IMG/VR virus record: IMGVR_UViG_3300033170_000307
Direction: 5' to 3' (one strand)
Source: an uncultured virus (IMG/VR IMGVR_UViG_3300033170_000307)
Lineage: Duplodnaviria; Heunggongvirae; Uroviricota; Caudoviricetes
DNA: 64,000 nt
The notes under the pieces were generated by a model. The model was given only the letters and a program-made list of their open reading frames with translations, did not search any database and was not told where the DNA came from. Shown one piece after another: positions 58,870 to 64,000 of this stretch; position 1 is the first letter of the stretch, and each line of letters opens with the position of its first letter. A program made the translations under genes and the position numbers.

Positions 58870-59154
58870 CTACCGTATCGTGCGACCGGGGCGCTGGTCC
58901 ACAGCCTCCTGAATGTGATGGCCCACGTCGTCGCCGAGTTGCTCGGCGATGGGCTTGGTCTTGTCGTCGCCTGCAGGCAGCCCGGCCTTCTCGCGGAAGG
59001 CGGACTCCACTGCGCCGATAACGCTGCTGGTGGCATAGACGTGCCCCTTCTGGCGGGGGAACTTCTCGCCGCGCAGGGTCACCTGCATACCCTGAAAGAC
59101 GCCCATGTACCAGACCTCACGGACGCGACACGCTTCCTTCTGAATGGGTCTCAT
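58870..59154 (-). CDS. Array hypothetical protein (MRPIQKE...)
   Basis: GGAGGT RBS; stop abuts motif A. Confidence 0.7.
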   Translation of the reverse strand: MRPIQKEACRVREVWYMGVFQGMQVTLRGEKFPRQKGHVYATSSVIGAVESAFREKAGLPAGDDKTKPIAEQLGDDVGHHIQEAVDQRPGRTIR

Positions 59155-59389
59155 GACGACCTCCCTGTCGGGGTGTGTGCTACACTGTTGTGCGCACGAT
59201 TGCGGCAGGCTTGTCGTGTACCGCCAACGGCCTTCCTGCTGGTCGGTGCCAACCGTAGCCAGTTGGAAGTGGCAATGCCATTGACGATACCCGACAAGCC
59301 TGGCGTTAGAGCCAGGCCGGCCGCTCTCCACACATCTCTGCGCAGGATTGCGGCAAGGGAGGCCGCCTGAACGGCCTCCCTTTCGGGAC

Positions 59390-59833
59390 CTAGAATGTGG
59401 GAACCGTCTCGAAGCCGCGCCCCGTGAAGATGGGGACGCTCGGCTCCGGCTCCTCCTGCTCCTCCCACAGGTGCCGGGGCTGCAGCGGCCACCCGCTCTT
59501 GTCATAGAGTTGGCCGCAGTTGTCGCAGCAGGACGTGAAGTCATCGAGAGTCACTTCGGCTCTGCACACTACACAGCGCGCGATTGCGGGCTCGACGTAG
59601 CTCCATTCATACTTCTGCACGTAGATGGGGAAGCGCTTGGCGCCCGTGATGAAGTCGGTGACGACCTTGCGATAGTTGTCAAGCCACGTCTGGGACTTGC
59701 CCTCGAAGTCCACACAGCCGCGCTCGTCGGACTTGAAAGCGAAGCCGGAGCCGCGCCCGTGCACATCGCACGCCAGACTGTACTCCACGCAATCGACCGG
59801 CTTGGCCTCACTGATGATTTCCGCCTGGGGCAT
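59390..59833 (-). CDS. Array protein with C-terminal zinc ribbon (MPQAEII...)
   Basis: AGGAGGT RBS; CVVC...CDNC; contains an internal motif A-like copy. Confidence 0.75.
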   Translation of the reverse strand: MPQAEIISEAKPVDCVEYSLACDVHGRGSGFAFKSDERGCVDFEGKSQTWLDNYRKVVTDFITGAKRFPIYVQKYEWSYVEPAIARCVVCRAEVTLDDFTSCCDNCGQLYDKSGWPLQPRHLWEEQEEPEPSVPIFTGRGFETVPTF

Positions 59834-59868
59834 GGTACGACCTCCTGAGTTCATGGTTCGTGCTTACA

Positions 59869-60042
59869 CTACTCTGCGCACGATTGCGGAGACAGGACTG
59901 GCTTGCCGGCGCGCACGACTCGGTAAGTGCCGCTGAATTGGGGGTGCTTGCCTGCCACGGCCAGCCGCGCATAGCGCATGTCGGACTCGTCGCGGATGGT
60001 GGCGAAGTCCATATAGGGCTCCAGGACCACATCATCGGGCAT
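59869..60042 (-). CDS. Array protein (57 aa, MPDDVVLEP...PQSCAE)
   Basis: AGGAGGT RBS; translated by hand; stop lies inside motif A. Confidence 0.65.
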   Translation of the reverse strand: MPDDVVLEPYMDFATIRDESDMRYARLAVAGKHPQFSGTYRVVRAGKPVLSPQSCAE

Positions 60043-60114
60043 GGTACGACCTCCTGTGAATCAGGGTGCGGGGAGGGTTGCCCCTCCCCGATACTTCTCT
60101 GCGCACGATTGCGG

Positions 60115-60396
60115 CTACTCGATGGGCGGCGGGACCGGGATAGACCATGCCGCTTGGATGACGTTGGCCGGAGCGTCCGGGTACTTGCGGTCGGGAATCT
60201 CGAAGCCCTTGGCGGCGAAGTTGAGTTCGCCATTGGGCAGGGTGGGGACTTCCACCACGTCACCGCGCCGGGGCACGTTCAGGTCGTTGGCCGCGACCTC
60301 GTAGAAGTGGCCCTCCTGCGTGAGTAGGCGCACACCCAACATACCAAAGTCATTGCGACTCTCTGAGACGCCGAAGCACTTCATCTCGACTGGCAT
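60115..60396 (-). CDS. Array hypothetical protein
   Basis: AGGAGGT RBS; stop abuts motif A. Confidence 0.75.
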   Translation of the reverse strand: MPVEMKCFGVSESRNDFGMLGVRLLTQEGHFYEVAANDLNVPRRGDVVEVPTLPNGELNFAAKGFEIPDRKYPDAPANVIQAAWSIPVPPPIE

Positions 60397-60470
60397 GAGA
60401 CGACCTCCTGTGAGACAGGGTGCGGGGGCGGTTGCCCGCCCCCGATACTACTCTGCGCACGATTGCGGGG

Positions 60471-60830
60471 CTACCGTTCCCGCATCTGCACGTCATCGAG
60501 CGAGGGCGTATCCTCGCAGGTGCATTCGCTGTCATAGTTGCCGCAGCGGCGGCAACGGCCATCGCGGCCCCCGTCTTCGTCTTCGTCGCTCTTGGGCTTG
60601 GCGGGCTGCCATTCGCCGTCAATCAAGACGCCGAGGAAGGTGCGCCCCCCGCTGCCCCCGCTGCCCCCGGTGGCGTAGACGTTGAAGTGGTCCTGCCCGC
60701 CGCCGTGGTGGGCGACAACCTCGATACCGCAGTGCCAGCCGTTGACGTGGGCGGTGAGCCCCGTCTGCTTGTCACCGAGCCGCGACGCTTCGCCACGACC
60801 GCCCCGCAAAGTCCCTCTGAACTGTGCCAT
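60471..60830 (-). CDS. Array hypothetical protein (MAQFRGT...)
   Basis: GGAGGT RBS; C-terminal Cys cluster. Confidence 0.75.
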   Translation of the reverse strand: MAQFRGTLRGGRGEASRLGDKQTGLTAHVNGWHCGIEVVAHHGGGQDHFNVYATGGSGGSGGRTFLGVLIDGEWQPAKPKSDEDEDGGRDGRCRRCGNYDSECTCEDTPSLDDVQMRER

Positions 60831-60974
60831 GTGCGACCTCCCGTGAATTGGGGTGCGGGGAGGGTTGCCCCTCCCCGATACTACTCTGCGCACGATTGCG
60901 GGGCTACTTCCACGCTGCGCCCAGACCCTCCTGCATGATGTCCTGCACGGCCTTGACCTGAGCGGCGACGCTCA

Positions 60975-61184
60975 TTAGGACACCACCTGGCCCTGGCGGG
61001 CGGCGCGGTTGCGGACGCGGCGGCCTGCGGCGCGGTGGTTGAGCATGGCCTGCGTGTCGGCGAAGGTGAGCTTGCGGGCGTTGCCGTTGCGGTCCTTCGG
61101 GGTGCGGCGCTGGCTGCAGGAGCTGCAGTTGGGCGTGCCGTTGGGGCGGGAGCAGGTGTTCGCATTGCACGTCGAGATGACCAT
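60975..61184 (-). CDS. Array small basic Cys-rich protein
   Basis: GGAGGT RBS; followed by a coupled 23-aa ORF at 60904..60975. Confidence 0.65.
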   Translation of the reverse strand: MVISTCNANTCSRPNGTPNCSSCSQRRTPKDRNGNARKLTFADTQAMLNHRAAGRRVRNRAARQGQVVS

Positions 61185-61259
61185 GGGTGAGACCTCCAGA
61201 GGTATGGGTTGGGGCAGCAGATGCTGCCCCGTTGTACACTTGTCTGCGCAGGATTGCTG

Positions 61260-61628
61260 CTACCCGAACTTCGTGGGGTTGGCCTCCACGAGGTCGCCCC
61301 AGCTACCGACCCAGAAGCGGCCCTGCCGAGCGTCATAGAGCAGGGTGGCGTCGTAGGTCTCCCCGGTGTTGCAGTAGTACACACCGTGGCCGAGGGTCTC
61401 GACCCCGAAGGTGCCGAGCAGGTGGTCGGCGATGAGGAGAATGTTGCTGCTGCGGTTGCCCGCAGGCAGGTAGTCGTGCTTCCCCGGCTGCACACCGAGC
61501 ATATCGGCGACCGGGATAGACTTGACCTCGCGCTTGATGAGGGCCCGAAGCAGTGCCAGCTTGCAGGTGGCTATCTTCGGGAAGAGAGCCTGCAGAGTCT
61601 TCATCGAAGCGAAGCCGTGCTGTGCCAT
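61260..61628 (-). CDS. Array hypothetical protein
   Basis: GGAGGT RBS; stop abuts motif A. Confidence 0.75.
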   Translation of the reverse strand: MAQHGFASMKTLQALFPKIATCKLALLRALIKREVKSIPVADMLGVQPGKHDYLPAGNRSSNILLIADHLLGTFGVETLGHGVYYCNTGETYDATLLYDARQGRFWVGSWGDLVEANPTKFG

Positions 61629-61656
61629 GATGCGACCTCCATGCTGTGATGGGTGC

Positions 61657-62166
61657 TTACACTACTGTGCGCAGGATTGCGCGCAGGTCGCTGGCGTGAT
61701 GGCGGGTGCTGGCGGAGACGGCGGCGTCAGAGGGCATGGCCTGTCCTTCGGGCATGTTGTCCAGCACCTTAGCGTTCGCTTCCCACCTGTCCGCGAGCTT
61801 CTCCAGTTCCTCCTCCAGCGTGGGAATGCTGTCGCCGAAGTTGATGCAGCCCCGAAGCTGGATGGGGTTCAGGACCTCGGGTCCGTGCTGCTCGCAGGCG
61901 TCCGTGACGATGTGCTGCGCCAGTTCGTAGGCGGACGCTGGCGGCAGGTCGGTGCGGCGTGTGAGCAGTTGTGTATCCTGCAGCGTGGGCGTCTTGTCTT
62001 CCCCGGCCAGATGCACGCGGCCGGCAGTGACGCAGCCCAGTTCGTGCCGGATGAGGACGAAGCCCGGCTTGCCCACCTGCTCCTCGTCCACTTCCTGCTC
62101 GGGCAGCCAGAGGCAGCCCACGTCGTACTTTGTCGCCGGGTCGTTCCCCGGCTGTCCGCTGACCAT
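61657..62166 (-). CDS. Array hypothetical protein (MVSGQPG...)
   Basis: GGAGGT RBS; reads through motif A as AILRTVV*. Confidence 0.7.
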   Translation of the reverse strand: MVSGQPGNDPATKYDVGCLWLPEQEVDEEQVGKPGFVLIRHELGCVTAGRVHLAGEDKTPTLQDTQLLTRRTDLPPASAYELAQHIVTDACEQHGPEVLNPIQLRGCINFGDSIPTLEEELEKLADRWEANAKVLDNMPEGQAMPSDAAVSASTRHHASDLRAILRTVV

Positions 62167-62218
62167 GATGTGACCTCCATGCGGTGATGGGTACACTGCT
62201 CTGCGCAGGATTGCGGGC

Positions 62219-62728
62219 TCAGCCATAGACTTCGGACTGCGCCCGCTTGTGGAAGTCTTCCGGCGTCTCGCTCCAGTGCTGCTTGAGAAGCCAGTCCCGG
62301 CGCTTGCCGTCGCGTACCTGGTAGGCCAGCAGGCCACAGTAGGCGGTGATTTCGTAGCCCAGCCAGTACATGGTGATTGCGGCGTTGCCGCAGAAGTCCC
62401 CGGCGCGGCTCATGCTGTACTGCGGGCCGGGAGGTGTGGCGAGTTGCGGGTCAACGTCCCTCGATTCGCTGGTGGTCTCGACGCCCGTGGCATACAGGCG
62501 CTCGATGACCCAGAGCGTATCGCCAGACAGCAGCTTGTAGCAGGTCTGCTGGCGCGGGTAGCTGCTGTAGTAGTAGATGCCTGCGGCGTCGTGCACGTGA
62601 GCGTGCAGCGTCTCGGCGCTCTCCAGCTTGGCCGTCGCCATCTGGCCCCTGGCCTGCTGTGCCGTGATGTAGCTCTTGGTGCCGTCTGGCCCCTCCAGCA
62701 GGTAGACCTTGCGCGTGTACGTCCTCAT
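62219..62728 (-). CDS. Array hypothetical protein (MRTYTRK...)
   Basis: GGAGGT RBS; stop abuts motif A. Confidence 0.75.
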   Translation of the reverse strand: MRTYTRKVYLLEGPDGTKSYITAQQARGQMATAKLESAETLHAHVHDAAGIYYYSSYPRQQTCYKLLSGDTLWVIERLYATGVETTSESRDVDPQLATPPGPQYSMSRAGDFCGNAAITMYWLGYEITAYCGLLAYQVRDGKRRDWLLKQHWSETPEDFHKRAQSEVYG

Positions 62729-63252
62729 GAGCGACCTCCCGTGAATTGGGGTGCGGGGAGGGTTGCCCCTCCCCGATACTACTCTGCGCACGATTGCGAT
62801 GGGCCTGGCGTTAGAGCCCGGCCGGCCGGCGCCCGCGCGTGCGCGCGATTGCGGGTTGGGAATCGTCTGAACGGCAACAGAACAGGGAGCCAGGAATACG
62901 AAAAGCCCCCGGCCATTGCGTCTTCAGGCCGGGGGCTCTCTCATTTCTGTGCTCAGAAACCTGACAGTCTGCTTATTGAGCGCGCTGCCTGCGCTGGGGG
63001 GCTGGGGCTTCGTCAGCCATACCCTGTCGGGTACAGGGGAATGGGCCTCACCTCCAACGGTTCGACTGCGCTGCCTTGACTTAGTAGATGGCAGCAGGAC
63101 AACGGCTTGGACAGCAGCGCGTCAGTGGGCGCCACGTCTTGTGGGGGCAGAGCAACGAAGCTCAGGCCAACCAAGACAACCGTCATTACTACCATGCGCA
63201 GCCTCATCCCGCAGTGATGTACAACTCACGTATCTGAGCGCTTGATTGCGGC

Positions 63253-63552
63253 TCAGGAGTTTGCTACGGCGTCCACGTCCGTGACGTGCAGGCGCTTGCC
63301 GCGCAACTGCAGGCGCACGTGGATGGGGAGCTTGGCGGGCTGGCCGATGGCGCGGTACTTGACCGTGGCGCTGGTGTTGCCACTCGGGAGCACCAGAGCG
63401 TGCTTGCCCGTGGTGGCCACGTCATCGAGCTTGTAGAGCGCATCGCTCAGGACGAACTGCTCGGGCAGGGCGGTGCCGGGCTTCTTGATGTGCTCGGCTA
63501 CGTCGGTGAGGCTACGGAAGACCAGAGCCAGCGTCGGCTTCTTTCTGGGCAT
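63253..63552 (-). CDS. Array hypothetical protein (MPRKKPT...)
   Basis: GGAGGT RBS; motif A on both sides. Confidence 0.7.
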   Translation of the reverse strand: MPRKKPTLALVFRSLTDVAEHIKKPGTALPEQFVLSDALYKLDDVATTGKHALVLPSGNTSATVKYRAIGQPAKLPIHVRLQLRGKRLHVTDVDAVANS

Positions 63553-63604
63553 GTTCAACCTCCACAGCGTGTAGTGGGTTACACTACTTGGCGCACGATT
63601 GCGC

Positions 63605-64000
63605 CTATGCTATCGCGACCAGCGGGGTGCCGTCAACCTGTTTCGTGCTGGCGCTGGCCACAGCGGCGCGAGCGCGGAGCATGAGACCGGGTACGAACTT
63701 GGGCGCGCCCATGCCCGCAGGCACACCGGCGGCTTCCTGAACGGTGCCTTCGATGACCCGCAGGAGTAGGGGCTGGGTGTAGCCCACACGGTCCTCGGCC
63801 CATTGCAGCGTAAGGTCGTACATACTGTCGGTGTGAGTGGCCTTGGCGGTGAACGCGTCCAGCAGCGGAGCGCTATGCACAGTGCACAGGTACACGCCTT
63901 CCATGGTGCGGCCGTCTACGGTCAACTGCCGGGTGGAGCGAGCGTGTGGCGTGCGGGTGTACTCACGCATCCACGGTTCCAGCTTCTCGAACGGCACGAA
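63605..64000 (-). CDS. Array hypothetical protein, start probably beyond the window
   Basis: Open frame to the right edge; stop abuts motif A. Confidence 0.65.
   Translation of the reverse strand, partial: FVPFEKLEPWMREYTRTPHARSTRQLTVDGRTMEGVYLCTVHSAPLLDAFTAKATHTDSMYDLTLQWAEDRVGYTQPLLLRVIEGTVQEAAGVPAGMGAPKFVPGLMLRARAAVASASTKQVDGTPLVAIA

Larger units (their letters stand above)
53527..62892. repeat. Four-box element B, eight copies of ~85 bp
   Basis: Plus strand TGGCGTTAGA-N28-35-GATTGCG-N14-16-TGAACGG-~N11-GG(A/G)(G/C)CC at about 53527, 53630, 54421, 55316, 56267, 57955, 59301, 62806. Confidence 0.9.
53560..63603 (-). repeat. Dispersed ~24-bp motif A, CCGCAATC(G/C/A)TGCGCAGAGTAGTGTA, about 39 co-oriented copies
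   Basis: Copies start (plus coordinates, approximate) at 53661, 53729, 54181, 54271, 54390, 54535, 54855, 55057, 55158, 55285, 55345, 55602, 55726, 56215, 56588, 56918, 57418, 57812, 57985, 58145, 58543, 58845, 59181, 59330, 59567, 59865, 60091, 60445, 60878, 61235, 61658, 62192, 62776, 63580, plus about five degenerate copies. Confidence 0.95.

Noticed and set aside
53527..62892. Integron attC sites (GCGTTAGA resembles GTTRRRY)
   Set aside because: Box order is GTT...AAC rather than RYYYAAC...GTTRRRY, there is no long imperfect palindrome, only 8 copies serve more than 20 genes, and no integrase is seen.
53661..63603. CRISPR array interpretation of motif A
   Set aside because: Spacing varies from about 60 to 600 bp, copies are degenerate, most inserts are genes with RBS, and no cas genes are present in the window.

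Overview
About 64 kb of a large, GC-rich tailed dsDNA phage, probably a long-tailed siphovirus (no sheath gene seen). 1-25.6 kb, minus strand: virion module with terminase, portal, protease carrying a nested scaffold, decoration protein, major capsid, head-tail connectors, tail tube, a frameshifting tail chaperone and a tape measure protein of more than 3,100 aa that runs off the left edge. A repeated late-promoter-like motif (CGGAATACTTC) punctuates this module. A catalytically intact TnpB sits just after the capsid gene, and a second, protein-free copy of its omegaRNA/right-end scaffold with a different guide lies upstream of the protease. 25.7-49.3 kb: nucleotide, DNA and sugar enzymes (intein-containing CcrM-like methyltransferase, deaminase-like protein, nitrilase, acetyltransferase, radical SAM, triple GT2, intein-containing thymidylate synthase, NAD-dependent ligase, NADAR-MazG-like fusion) with sigma70-type promoters. 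53.5-64 kb: an array of more than 20 short co-oriented genes and micro-ORFs, nearly each preceded by a conserved ~24-bp dyad-containing motif (about 39 copies by eye) and grouped by eight copies of a longer four-box element. All calls come from reading motifs by eye; no database search was run.
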